IMG/VR virus record: IMGVR_UViG_3300027535_000001
Location: 1-62,037 of that record
Direction: 5' to 3' (one strand)
DNA from: a virus
Length of the DNA stretch: 62,037 nt
A model generated the notes under the pieces. The model made no database searches. It was given only the letters and a program-made list of their open reading frames with translations, and was not told the DNA's origin. A program made the position numbers and the translations under genes. Below are positions 1-8,466 of this stretch, piece by piece (position 1 is the stretch's first letter; each line of letters starts with the position of its first letter).

Positions 1-33
1 GGCGCTATCCCGATTGTTGGAATGTGAAGTGGG
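1..33. repeat. 33-bp terminal direct repeat, identical to 62005-62037 (assembly overlap of a circular or circularly permuted genome)
   Basis: ggcgctatcccgattgttggaatgtgaagtggg occurs at both window ends. An ORF reads through the junction in frame. Confidence 0.9.
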
Positions 34-116
34 ATCAATACAAAATGCCGCAGCGCCTGCACCGAGACTTTATCAAGCCCGCGACACTCAACAATTTCGC
101 CGTGACACCGAAATAA
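1..116 (+). CDS. 3' part of a 73-aa hypothetical ORF spanning the contig junction (5' part at 61899-62004)
   Basis: Frame continues from ATG 61899 through the repeat: ...RRYPDCWNVKWDQYKMPQRLHRDFIKPATLNNFAVTPK, TAA at 114-116. Confidence 0.5.
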   Translation, partial: RYPDCWNVKWDQYKMPQRLHRDFIKPATLNNFAVTPK

Positions 117-126
117 CAGGGGAGCA

Positions 127-405
127 CTACGCCAACGCCATCTCCCTAATCTTCCCCAAATAATAAATCCGCGCTTTCGGCGACAAGCGCGGCACGGGAA
201 ATCCGTGCTTGCTTTGCACCAGCCGTTCCAACAGCGCAAGCATGGCCTCAACATGCTCCTGGTCGCCGGCAGCTCCACCGATTTTTACCCCTCGCACCCA
301 TCCCCGTACGGTCGGATGCTCGCGGTCAAGCCAGCGGGCGAGATCAGCAATCGACAGGTTGCCGTCCCGCTGGACCCTTTGCAATCGATCGGCGAGCGAC
401 TTCAT
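127..405 (-). CDS. small HTH DNA-binding protein
   Basis: 92-aa ORF. HTH-like LSIADLARWLDREHPTVRGWVRG. 4-nt overlap with upstream gene. Confidence 0.65.
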   Translation of the reverse strand: MKSLADRLQRVQRDGNLSIADLARWLDREHPTVRGWVRGVKIGGAAGDQEHVEAMLALLERLVQSKHGFPVPRLSPKARIYYLGKIREMALA

Positions 406-1550
406 GCCTTGCCGAACGCCTTGTCGATCGCCGCCACCATCTCGGGATTAGGTGCCACGCTGGGTGCCATGCCGAATGAGGGCGTACCCGGTTGGGAGAA
501 CGGCAACAGGGGCTCGGCAGGTGCTGGACGGAAGGGCGCTACCGGTGCTTGGCCAGCCGGTTGGGCCTGCTGAGCTGCCTGCATCTCAGCCTTGGTACGA
601 CGCTTGCGGCGGCCGTCAGAAGGGGCTGCAGCACTCGGCGCAATAGCCTGGCTTGCCGTGGTCGGGGCCGCCATCGGGGCGCTCGCCGTGCCGGTTGACA
701 GGAAGGCCGCAGACTGGGCAGGACCGGCGGCGGGAGCGAAAGGGGCGGTAGAGGCTCCCGGCAACGCAAAGGTCGGAGCGGGCGCCGGTTGGAACGCTGC
801 CGGCGGATGCTGAGTGGCTGGCGCTAAACCCGGTTGAGTCGTCCCGGTTGGCGCCGCCAACTGGCCCTGCCACGGCACGTCGTTGCGCCCCACCAGCGCG
901 TCACTGAGCTTTTCGGCTAACGCCTTGCGGCACGATGCATACGTGGGCTCGTCCACGTAACCGGTCGCCTTGAACTGGAGCACGCCATTCTTGTTCGACT
1001 CGAACGTGATCTGCGTGATCACGGCCGCCATGTCGATCGACTGGCCCTCGAACAGTTTGTTGAAATCGCGCCAGTTCTTGAACGAACCCGGCGTGAGGAT
1101 GAGCTGAAACAGCATGCCGGGAAAGCGCGGCAACGCCAGTGCCAGCGCCTTCTCGTCGCGGCACGCTTTGATGCCTTTGCCGGTCAATTTCGACGTATCC
1201 GACCCGCGCACATTCCAGTCACACGTTGCGCAGGTGTTGGATTGCGGGGTAGCAGCCTCGCGTGAAGGCGCGACGCCGTTCATCGAGAAGCACGTCGGCG
1301 GCTCGTTGGAGTCGGGCTCGTAGTCGCGCTCATAGTAGCGCTTGCACGTCACATCCGAAATATCGAAAATGCAAGCGTCGAGAAAAATTTCCTGCAACTC
1401 GTGACGCGCGCCGGCACCGTCGATCAGGGTGAAACGATTGCTGCGGATCGAGATATGCGGCGGAAGCGCGGTGCCGAGACCCGCAACGGCGCGCTCGGTC
1501 AGGCGAGGCTGGTAGCCTTGGAGGTGGGCGGGAAGCGAGGAAGCGTTCAT
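402..1550 (-). CDS. hypothetical protein with Cys-cluster domain and Ala/Pro-rich low-complexity C-terminal tail (possible replication/ssDNA-associated protein by position)
   Basis: 382-aa ORF. Cys cluster CFSMNG...CATC...KAC. The last ~150 aa are A/P/Q-rich. Lies in the replication arm. Confidence 0.6.
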   Translation of the reverse strand: MNASSLPAHLQGYQPRLTERAVAGLGTALPPHISIRSNRFTLIDGAGARHELQEIFLDACIFDISDVTCKRYYERDYEPDSNEPPTCFSMNGVAPSREAATPQSNTCATCDWNVRGSDTSKLTGKGIKACRDEKALALALPRFPGMLFQLILTPGSFKNWRDFNKLFEGQSIDMAAVITQITFESNKNGVLQFKATGYVDEPTYASCRKALAEKLSDALVGRNDVPWQGQLAAPTGTTQPGLAPATQHPPAAFQPAPAPTFALPGASTAPFAPAAGPAQSAAFLSTGTASAPMAAPTTASQAIAPSAAAPSDGRRKRRTKAEMQAAQQAQPAGQAPVAPFRPAPAEPLLPFSQPGTPSFGMAPSVAPNPEMVAAIDKAFGKA

Positions 1551-1562
1551 TCTGGATTCCTT

Positions 1563-1781
1563 TTATCTCGGTGAACATACACTGTTGGTGCAAATCCACT
1601 GTTGTGGTATTACCATGCTAGAACTATTGAATGTGAGCGTACCACTTGGAGCCTCTACGCACTTTGCAGCGCCTTTCGTGGCCTCGCGCACCATGGCGGC
1701 GCGGCCTTCGCACGCCTCGCGCGTGTCGTGACCACTTACGACGATCGATCCAGCCACAACGGCGATCATAATCCAAGACAT
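1563..1781 (-). CDS. small membrane/secreted protein
   Basis: 72 aa. Hydrophobic N-terminus MSWIMIAVVAGSIVVSG. TGATG overlap with upstream gene at 1781. Confidence 0.5.
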   Translation of the reverse strand: MSWIMIAVVAGSIVVSGHDTREACEGRAAMVREATKGAAKCVEAPSGTLTFNSSSMVIPQQWICTNSVCSPR

Positions 1782-2176
1782 CAGCTTCTCCTCACGTTGA
1801 CTTGCGTAAAATAGCTCACGTCCGTACCGGGCGGCAGTTTACCCTCGTGATCCTCCAGGTAGGATTTCATGGCGTCGACTTGCGGCGTTCCGACTTGCAG
1901 CAACTCGTTGCCGCCCTTGTCCCAATTGTGCAAACAGAATTGCAAGTAGGTATCGCGATCATTGACCTTCGCGGTCATCGTAGTTGAAAAATATGCCGTA
2001 CCGTGATCGGTCTTGGCATTTTGCAAGCCGTCCTTCTGGAGCAGCGCATGGAGCTGCTGCCTGATTTCCTCACGGCTGTTCTTGGCGGTTGCTAAATGCT
2101 CGTTGAAACGTTTGGTTTCCGACTTGATATAGTCGTCGAACTCGAAATATTTTTGGACGAGAGCGGCGGCAGTCAT
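1781..2176 (-). CDS. hypothetical protein
   Basis: ORF 1781-2188. Preferred start is MTAAALVQKYF at 2176, which forms an ATGA overlap with the upstream Zn-ribbon ORF. Confidence 0.7.
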   Translation of the reverse strand: MTAAALVQKYFEFDDYIKSETKRFNEHLATAKNSREEIRQQLHALLQKDGLQNAKTDHGTAYFSTTMTAKVNDRDTYLQFCLHNWDKGGNELLQVGTPQVDAMKSYLEDHEGKLPPGTDVSYFTQVNVRRS

Positions 2177-2319
2177 GTGTGGTCCCAATCGTCGCTCGTG
2201 TCCACTTCCAAATCAAAAATAAAATAGTCGCACGCCTCGCAGTACCAGCCACCGGTCACGTTGGTGGTCGGGTCATCTTCTTCCTGCTCCATGCGGGCGT
2301 CACATTTTGGGCAATTCAT
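2173..2319 (-). CDS. zinc-ribbon protein (48 aa)
   Basis: MNCPKCDARMEQEEDD...GGWYCEACDYF has CxxC...CxxC. ATGA overlaps at both ends (2316-2319 and 2173-2176). Below the 60-aa ORF-track cutoff. Confidence 0.6.
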   Translation of the reverse strand: MNCPKCDARMEQEEDDPTTNVTGGWYCEACDYFIFDLEVDTSDDWDHT

Positions 2320-3902
2320 AGTTCCCCCTTCCTCACCATATCGAGCAGCACACCTTGCAGCCGCTCGTTTGTTCCCAATCGCCGATAAATCTCACGCTCC
2401 AACAAGTTGCTCACAATCTGCACCACCGTTACCGGATAGCGCTGCCCAGGTCGATGCGCGCGTTTGTTCGCTTGAAGATATAGCTCAGTGCGATCGGTTG
2501 GTCCGTACCAGATAACAGTACGAGCCGCCCAAAGGTCCAATCCGTGCGCCATGCAGCCGGGATCAGCAATGAGAATCCGGGGGTCCGCCCCAGATTGGAA
2601 ACTTTGAAATATCCGGGCGCGATCCTTGGCCGAGACGTTCCCATTGACGATCTCCCGCGTCCATCCGTCCAGTTCCTTGTACAGTAACTCCACGACACTC
2701 GTCAAGGGCACGAACAGCAATATTTTTCCTGGCGCCTGCTCGATGACGGCTTTAAGCTCCTCTACCCGAGGCGAAGCGTCGACCGCGTGCCAATTATGAG
2801 CCGAATCGTAAACCGCGCCAAGGCTAATCTGGATAAATTTTAACCTGGCGGTCGCCTCGTTGGCGGCCGTTATCGGTTGACCGGAACGGATTACCACCTG
2901 CAAGTCGCGCTTAAGCTCGGCCATGAGGGTTTTTTGTTGTGCGGTGAGCGGCACCCCCCGCTGCTGGGTGGTCATCTCGGGACCGTCCCACACGTCGCTA
3001 ATTGCGAAGCGGATCGAGGGTGTCAGCAGCTTCCTAGCCTTGTCGTAACCATCCCGGCGCGGGACCCACTTGAACTGCGATATTTTCTGCATCGTATCGG
3101 CTTGGAACGTCGTGAACGACTTGCCGAAGGCGTTGTTGACCAGCCTGGCGAGCCCGTAGGCGTCGGTGGGCGCGTTCGGCGTCGGTGTGCCTGTGAGGCA
3201 CCACAAGTAATCGCGCCGCAGCACGAGCCTCGCAATGCGGTGGCGGGCAGTGCGCGAGTCCTTGTAGGCACTGGCCTCATCGATGATCGCTATTTTTATG
3301 TCGGTACGCTCGGCGAGCGCCTTGGAGAAGCCGCGTAGCTCCAGCTTGGGGCGTGTCCTGGCGCCGACACCTACGCCGTCAAAATTGATGATGTAGAAAT
3401 CCGCCGGCTTGGCCAAGCGGGCGAGGCGCTGATCGGGGGTGCCGTGAAGTATCTCGAACGTGCGGTGGCCGAGAAAATTCTTGAATATCGCGTCCCCCCA
3501 CACCCGTTGCAGGATCGATAGCGGCGCCACGATGAGAGCGCGGCAAGTCCCTACCGGATAGTGCCGCATCAACCAGTCGGCAGCCCACAGCGTTGCCAAA
3601 GTCTTGCCAGTGCCCATGTCGGACAGATTGAAGCTCTTGGGATGCAAGAGCATATAGTTGCTGGCGAGCTTTTGCGACTCGTACGGCCGAATCCCCGGCA
3701 TCGCGGGAAAATCATAGCCGTCCATGATCGGCACCACCGGATAGTTGAGCCACCGGAGTATCTGACAATTGCGCAACGTACGCGGCACCGCCACATACTC
3801 GCCGTTGATCTGCTTCGTCTCAGGGATGGCTTGCGTCAACGCAAGCGCATTCTGGCTCGGGTAGAGCAGGACGTTACGCGTGGTGTCGTGGTAGAAACTC
3901 AT
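2316..3902 (-). CDS. SNF2/Rad54-family DNA helicase
   Basis: 528 aa. Motif I DMGTGKT, motif II DEASAYKD, LTGTP, C-terminal helicase motif HRPGQ. Confidence 0.9.
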   Translation of the reverse strand: MSFYHDTTRNVLLYPSQNALALTQAIPETKQINGEYVAVPRTLRNCQILRWLNYPVVPIMDGYDFPAMPGIRPYESQKLASNYMLLHPKSFNLSDMGTGKTLATLWAADWLMRHYPVGTCRALIVAPLSILQRVWGDAIFKNFLGHRTFEILHGTPDQRLARLAKPADFYIINFDGVGVGARTRPKLELRGFSKALAERTDIKIAIIDEASAYKDSRTARHRIARLVLRRDYLWCLTGTPTPNAPTDAYGLARLVNNAFGKSFTTFQADTMQKISQFKWVPRRDGYDKARKLLTPSIRFAISDVWDGPEMTTQQRGVPLTAQQKTLMAELKRDLQVVIRSGQPITAANEATARLKFIQISLGAVYDSAHNWHAVDASPRVEELKAVIEQAPGKILLFVPLTSVVELLYKELDGWTREIVNGNVSAKDRARIFQSFQSGADPRILIADPGCMAHGLDLWAARTVIWYGPTDRTELYLQANKRAHRPGQRYPVTVVQIVSNLLEREIYRRLGTNERLQGVLLDMVRKGEL

Positions 3903-4210
3903 TTTATTACGTCAGTGCCCCACATGCCGTTTTGCACTTCCAACCAGTAAAGTTCGCCATCCCGCATCGACACGAGAAAAGTGCGCCCACCCGCTTCTCT
4001 TATTTCACGCATCGTCTGCCGCTGTTTGGGCGTCGGCTTCTCCACGCCCTCTTTCTTAGCCTCCACGCCCCAAAACTGTCCACGGGCGCAGACAAAGAAG
4101 TCGAGAGCGCGAGCGCCGTAGCCCATTTGGACGGGAAGAAAATAGTAGTAGCCGTTTTGCTTGAACCACTTCTTTAGCTTGTCCTTGGTCCACGACTCAG
4201 GGGTTTTCAT
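3899..4210 (-). CDS. VRR-NUC domain nuclease
   Basis: Start MKTPESW at 4210 (ATGA overlap). D...ExK core LDFFVCARGQFWGVEAKK followed by PTPKQRQTMREIREAGG. Confidence 0.75.
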   Translation of the reverse strand: MKTPESWTKDKLKKWFKQNGYYYFLPVQMGYGARALDFFVCARGQFWGVEAKKEGVEKPTPKQRQTMREIREAGGRTFLVSMRDGELYWLEVQNGMWGTDVIK

Positions 4211-4368
4211 TCGCGATCCCACACCCGCTTGGTATATTCGACTAGCGCATCCCAAACAGAAGGTTCGATGTAGACAATGCTGTCCCCATCTTCCCGTGGT
4301 GCACGTAAGCAAATTTGGTATCCGTCGTCCGAAGCGTACAAGCCATCACCGAGGTACGTTTCATTCAT
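4207..4368 (-). CDS. hypothetical small protein (53 aa)
   Basis: Internal start MNETYLGDG at 4368 gives ATGA overlaps at both ends. The longer ORF 4207-4443 would overlap the upstream gene by 79 nt. Confidence 0.5.
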   Translation of the reverse strand: MNETYLGDGLYASDDGYQICLRAPREDGDSIVYIEPSVWDALVEYTKRVWDRE

Positions 4369-5045
4369 GCTCGCCTCCCATTGTGCTGACAGTCGAGAAC
4401 ATCGCAATGGGCTTTGCACAACCCGTTGGGTTTCTTCTCCCAATCGCTGCTCTCGATTTCGGCAACCAGACGGCTTACCTCGTCATAGGTTTTCTTCGTA
4501 TCGGACAGGTCGTACATCTGCCCGACACGGTTCTCCTTGAGCCACGTATAGGTGCCGCTGATGCGCGTGAGTTGTGGATTGTTGGCGTGCAACAAAAGCG
4601 CTCCGATTTCCAGCTCGAACGGGTCCTCGTAACGAGATGAGCCGGTTTTCAGGTCGTTCATATACGCGGCCACATCTTGGATAACCACGAGATCGAGCTT
4701 TCCACGCAACCAAACATCTTTGGCCCAATAGTCAGCGGGCGCCCCATCCGCCAGCATGCCCAACTTCAACTCGGTCCTTGCCTGCAAGCCGTCGAACGGA
4801 CTGGCGAAGCATTCCCACTGTCGCATCGACTCAGGCAGCGGCTTGCCGGCACCGATCCGATGCTCGAACGCCGCGTGAACCTCGTTCCCAAAACGCATTG
4901 CGTCCGTCTCGACGTACGGCAAATCCCGCTTGACGTAGCGCCGGTACGTCTGGTGCGGGCAAACGTTGCGATAATTGTTGAGTATCGAGTACGTGTAGAC
5001 CAGTTTTCGCCGGTCGAGCACGGCAGGCAGCTCAGGGTAATTCAT
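4365..5045 (-). CDS. PD-(D/E)XK (RecB/Cas4-like) exonuclease
   Basis: Start MNYPELP at 5045. GKLDLV...NDLKTG nuclease core. N-terminal Cys plus C-terminal CKAHCDVLDC cluster, as in Cas4/AddB-type nucleases. Confidence 0.7.
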   Translation of the reverse strand: MNYPELPAVLDRRKLVYTYSILNNYRNVCPHQTYRRYVKRDLPYVETDAMRFGNEVHAAFEHRIGAGKPLPESMRQWECFASPFDGLQARTELKLGMLADGAPADYWAKDVWLRGKLDLVVIQDVAAYMNDLKTGSSRYEDPFELEIGALLLHANNPQLTRISGTYTWLKENRVGQMYDLSDTKKTYDEVSRLVAEIESSDWEKKPNGLCKAHCDVLDCQHNGRRA

Positions 5046-5179
5046 CGGCAACACCCCTGATGCGCGCACTTGCCGCCGCTGATAACCAGGCCGTGCTCGG
5101 CGCAAGGGATCGCAACGACGAGCCAGACCACGAACACCATCATGATAGCCGTTACGGCGCCCCACATGATGCTTGTCAT
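5042..5179 (-). CDS. small single-pass membrane protein (45 aa)
   Basis: MTSIMWGAVTAIMMVFVVWLVVAIP... ATGA overlaps with the DNA polymerase stop (5176) and with the next gene (5042). Confidence 0.5.
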   Translation of the reverse strand: MTSIMWGAVTAIMMVFVVWLVVAIPCAEHGLVISGGKCAHQGCCR

Positions 5180-7047
5180 TTGCTGTACCTCTCGCTTAGA
5201 GAGCCTTCGGCATCGAGCGGAATGCCGGGGAGCCATGTGGGTTCTTGTCGCATCTCGTCGACGCAAAGCTGCAAGTGGCGTTCCTCGTTGCCATCTCGGG
5301 GGATGAGCATTACAGCCTCATCATAGGTGCTGGTTACCACGCGATAGCCGTGGCGGGCAATGCGCGTGCGCGCTTGGACGAAAATTATACGTGCAAGCCA
5401 TTGTACGCAGTTTTCGACGAGTTTACTGTGGTACAGGTCGGCCCACCCGTTGCGCGTGCGGTGCCGCCAGTAACCCGTATGTTTGAATGGCGGCAGCTTC
5501 TCGCACTCCTCCGTGCTCGGCCGGTGATACTCCAGCGTATCGTATTTGAGCATCGTTCCGCCAGGGCCGTAGATGCGCTTGTTCATGATACGCATCGGTC
5601 CCCACTCGACCGGCTCGCCACCGGCAATGCGCGAGATCATCCGGCCGGCTTGCGACCAGTAGCCGTCAGGACGGCCGCAAATCGCCTGGTGGGTGTCGCG
5701 ATAGAGATTCACCATGCGCTCGGCTTCTTGAATCTCAAGGTAGACCGGCGGCCCATAGATGCCGAGCTTGGCGGTTGCCTGGAACTTTGTCGGACCACAA
5801 CCGAACCCGCAAGACAATTCCGCTTGTTTGCCGGTGCCTCGCTCAGGCTTGTCGTCTTTGGTAATCGGCCGTTGGTAGAACTGACTGGCGATGCCGATGT
5901 ACGGATCGACGCCATTGCGAAAGCGCTCGATCACGTCCCATTGGCCGGCCAAAAAGTTGAGCAGCCGGGCCTCGATTTGCGCCAAATCTACGATGCCGAG
6001 TAAATAACTTTCCGGCGCCATGATGGCCTTGCGTAGTGGCGAGGCTTCCTTGGGACTGTCGGGGTCGCTGCGGCGAAGGTTCAAGAAGTTGGACGAATCC
6101 CCGCCCGAGTCGCGCCCCGTGTGGGCGCCGGCATAGCGCACGTAAACGCACAGTGGACCACGGCTGGCCATGTACCCCAGCGTCTCGGCTCGGGTCTGCA
6201 TTAAGGTGGACTTGGCGCCCAGCCGCGCCTCTGCCAACGCGCGCACACGGTCGCTCTCATCCTCTTGAAGGTCTCTCATAAATTGGTCGTTTTTGGCGAA
6301 CGCATAGATCGGGCCGTTCTTGCCGTCCTTCATCTCGGGCTCGACACCTTCGGCGCGAAGGAGGGAAGCAAACTGTTCACTTGATTGAAGCTCGGCCTCG
6401 ACAATGCCAAGCTCTTTCATGCGGGCTTCTTTAAGGGTTGCTTCGCGTTCCCAAATTTTTGCCAACAAATCGATGTCACCGCGTAGAACTGGCTCGGTAA
6501 AAAGCTTGACCGTTAAATCAATAACTTCCAATTCTTCCGGTGGAAAATCCTTCAACAAAATACCAAACAGCTTCCAAATACTTTCCACCTCATCACAAGC
6601 CCCCTCGGCCATTTGTTGCTGAACTACCGGGCTCAACTCATTCCAATGTTTTCCCTTAAAGAGTCCGTATGGCGTGGTCTTTGGCGGAAACCCAAATTGC
6701 TTGCGAACCGAGTCGAGACTGACGCTGATGTGGTTCCCCAATAGCAAGCGCGCCATCGACAGCGTGCAGCCGCTCATTTTGGGATGCACGCCGTAATGAT
6801 GCGAAAGTATTAAATGGTCAAACTGGCTGTGGTGACTTATGAGAAACACGTCACTCCAGTCCTCATCCGCCAACACCTGCCGTAGCTGGCGCTCGTCATA
6901 CCAGCGCGCCGCATGATCGGCGGACCATTTAATGGCGGCGCCGTGCGCCTCAAAACGCGAATCGCGAATATAATGTTCGGTCGTCTGTTTGGACAGCGTA
7001 TAGTCGTCGCTGTAGACCGTCTCAAAATCGATGACAATGATTCTCAC
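5176..7047 (-). CDS. family A DNA polymerase with 3'-5' exonuclease domain
   Basis: 623 aa. Exo I IVIDFET. Pol motif A DLAQIEARLL, motif B RGTGKQAELSCGFGCG, motif C TSTYDEAV. Confidence 0.9.
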   Translation of the reverse strand: MRIIVIDFETVYSDDYTLSKQTTEHYIRDSRFEAHGAAIKWSADHAARWYDERQLRQVLADEDWSDVFLISHHSQFDHLILSHHYGVHPKMSGCTLSMARLLLGNHISVSLDSVRKQFGFPPKTTPYGLFKGKHWNELSPVVQQQMAEGACDEVESIWKLFGILLKDFPPEELEVIDLTVKLFTEPVLRGDIDLLAKIWEREATLKEARMKELGIVEAELQSSEQFASLLRAEGVEPEMKDGKNGPIYAFAKNDQFMRDLQEDESDRVRALAEARLGAKSTLMQTRAETLGYMASRGPLCVYVRYAGAHTGRDSGGDSSNFLNLRRSDPDSPKEASPLRKAIMAPESYLLGIVDLAQIEARLLNFLAGQWDVIERFRNGVDPYIGIASQFYQRPITKDDKPERGTGKQAELSCGFGCGPTKFQATAKLGIYGPPVYLEIQEAERMVNLYRDTHQAICGRPDGYWSQAGRMISRIAGGEPVEWGPMRIMNKRIYGPGGTMLKYDTLEYHRPSTEECEKLPPFKHTGYWRHRTRNGWADLYHSKLVENCVQWLARIIFVQARTRIARHGYRVVTSTYDEAVMLIPRDGNEERHLQLCVDEMRQEPTWLPGIPLDAEGSLSERYSK

Positions 7048-7415
7048 TCGGTCACTCTCTGCGCCACCAGCCTCGCCACGTTCTTTACCGCCACGTCGAA
7101 CGGCTCGCCAGTCACCCGCATGGCAATTTCGGTTGCGGCTTTCAGCTCCCTGGCGGCTTTCCCGATTGCCTGCTCCATCTGCTGCTTGGCCAGCACGATC
7201 GCATTATTGGTCTCGATCAATTGCCGAGCATCGTCATCCTTGGCAAGCGCTCTCTCGCCTTCCGGCGTAATCACGTTGTTGAACTTGTCGTGCCGCTTGA
7301 GCAGACCTTGCGCCACCAGGGACTCGACCGGCTTCTCCCAGCGGCCGATCGGCATCATCGACTCACCTTGCGCGGCGATCATGAGAACAGTTAGCTCATC
7401 GTTGGAAAGGGTCAT
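7044..7415 (-). CDS. hypothetical protein (winged-helix-like N-terminus)
   Basis: ORF 7044-7439. Preferred start MTLSNDELTVLMIAAQGE at 7415 (ATGA overlap with tiny ORF). 4-nt overlap with the polymerase start. Confidence 0.65.
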   Translation of the reverse strand: MTLSNDELTVLMIAAQGESMMPIGRWEKPVESLVAQGLLKRHDKFNNVITPEGERALAKDDDARQLIETNNAIVLAKQQMEQAIGKAARELKAATEIAMRVTGEPFDVAVKNVARLVAQRVTE

Positions 7416-7486
7416 TCCCAAGCCACCGCTATGACACAAGCGACCATGATCAGTGTCACTAGTGTAATCAATATTTCAGGGGTCAT
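7412..7486 (-). CDS. tiny hydrophobic peptide (24 aa)
   Basis: MTPEILITLVTLIMVACVIAVAWE. Stop overlaps the downstream ATG (ATGA). Confidence 0.35.
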   Translation of the reverse strand: MTPEILITLVTLIMVACVIAVAWE

Positions 7487-7490
7487 AATT

Positions 7491-7559
7491 TCACCTCCAC
7501 GCCGCATACATGAGCGCCAAGCCGTGAACGAGCAGCACCAAACCGAGCAAGAGGTTCAT
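7491..7559 (-). CDS. tiny hydrophobic peptide (22 aa)
   Basis: MNLLLGLVLLVHGLALMYAAWR. ATG overlaps the upstream stop (ATGA at 7556-7559). Confidence 0.35.
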   Translation of the reverse strand: MNLLLGLVLLVHGLALMYAAWR

Positions 7560-7807
7560 TTCAACGCCGCATCGATCATCGCCTGCCAAGCGTCAAGCGT
7601 GGCTTTCACGGTCCAGTCCCGCGCTTCCGCCATGTGCTCGAACATTTGCATTTCGCCTTGTCTCACCATATCGGGCGTCGGTTCACGCATTGCCGCGATG
7701 GCTGCACGGCTAAGTCTACGTCTAAACTCTGGCGAAGCGTAGATAAGTCCGCTCTCACCTAGTCTATCTACAAGAGCCTTGGCCACCCGCTCAACCATCT
7801 CACTCAT
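7556..7807 (-). CDS. hypothetical protein (83 aa)
   Basis: Internal start MSEMVERVAKAL at 7807 gives an ATGA overlap with the upstream gene. The longer ORF to 7987 overlaps that gene. Confidence 0.6.
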   Translation of the reverse strand: MSEMVERVAKALVDRLGESGLIYASPEFRRRLSRAAIAAMREPTPDMVRQGEMQMFEHMAEARDWTVKATLDAWQAMIDAALK

Positions 7808-8061
7808 AGCTTGACGAGCCTCCGCTTTGCACCGCGATGCGAGCCGGTCTCCGACGCGATCTTGAAACCGAGCGGCATGAGTGTCTTTCGATTGAAGTCG
7901 TGGATCAACACGCCGATCGAGGACCACGCCCACAGCGGCCCACCCTCCGGGTCGTCCCGGTACACCTCGTCGGCAAGCTCGTGGCACGTCATGCCGTTGC
8001 GGTTGATAAAGAGGGCGTGAAAGATGCGTTCGGTGATGTTCACGGGATCAGCCTCGCACAT
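7804..8061 (-). CDS. hypothetical protein; start uncertain (ATG 8061, GTG 8043 or ATG 8115)
   Basis: ORF 7804-8115. GTG 8043 overlaps the stop of a tiny hydrophobic ORF (GTGA). Body NITERIFHALFINRNGMTCHELADEVY looks winged-helix-like. Confidence 0.55.
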   Translation of the reverse strand: MCEADPVNITERIFHALFINRNGMTCHELADEVYRDDPEGGPLWAWSSIGVLIHDFNRKTLMPLGFKIASETGSHRGAKRRLVKL

Positions 8062-8132
8062 GCGGTTAATACGGCGCCGATGCCGTACATGATAAAGAAC
8101 ATCGCGAGGTTCCATAGGACGAAGCGGATCAT
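8040..8132 (-). CDS. tiny hydrophobic peptide (30 aa)
   Basis: MIRFVLWNLAMFFIMYGIGAVLTACARLIP. ATGA overlap upstream (8129-8132) and GTGA overlap downstream. Confidence 0.3.
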   Translation of the reverse strand: MIRFVLWNLAMFFIMYGIGAVLTACARLIP

Positions 8133-8215
8133 GGCGGCGGCCATAATAGTACTAATATAAAAACGAGCGCGAAAATAGTTAAAATAATCAACCAGGAAAT
8201 AGTGGCGAATTCCAT
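8129..8215 (-). CDS. tiny hydrophobic peptide (28 aa), or alternatively an AT-rich regulatory spacer
   Basis: MEFATISWLIILTIFALVFILVLLWPPP. Lies in a locally very AT-rich stretch. Start abuts the stop of the XRE gene. Confidence 0.3.
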   Translation of the reverse strand: MEFATISWLIILTIFALVFILVLLWPPP

Positions 8216-8466
8216 CATAACCCCCAATTAAATTGCCGCCCGTTAAGCTCCGCGTCCACGCCTTGACAAGCGCGACGGTACCTCAGCCACACCCAATCGC
8301 GCACCGGCCGGGACGGATAGCCGGGACGATTGGCGGTCGCGCCTTTCTCCATCCAGTAGACAGCGGACGGCGAGAAGCCGGTGAGCTTCCCGAGCTGGGC
8401 TTGGGAAAGGCCGCGCGCGCGGCGCCAAGCGGCGGCCTTCTCGTGCTCAAGGATGGGCTTTTTCAT
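8215..8466 (-). CDS. XRE-family HTH regulator
   Basis: Start MKKPILEHEK at 8466 (ATGA overlap). HTH ARGLSQAQLGKLTGFSPSAVYWMEKG. Confidence 0.75.
   Translation of the reverse strand: MKKPILEHEKAAAWRRARGLSQAQLGKLTGFSPSAVYWMEKGATANRPGYPSRPVRDWVWLRYRRACQGVDAELNGRQFNWGL

Noticed and set aside
1-33. 33-bp repeat as a biological direct terminal repeat.
   Set aside because: It is too short, and an ORF reads straight through it. An assembler k-mer overlap of a circular or permuted genome is more likely, though only read-level data can decide.
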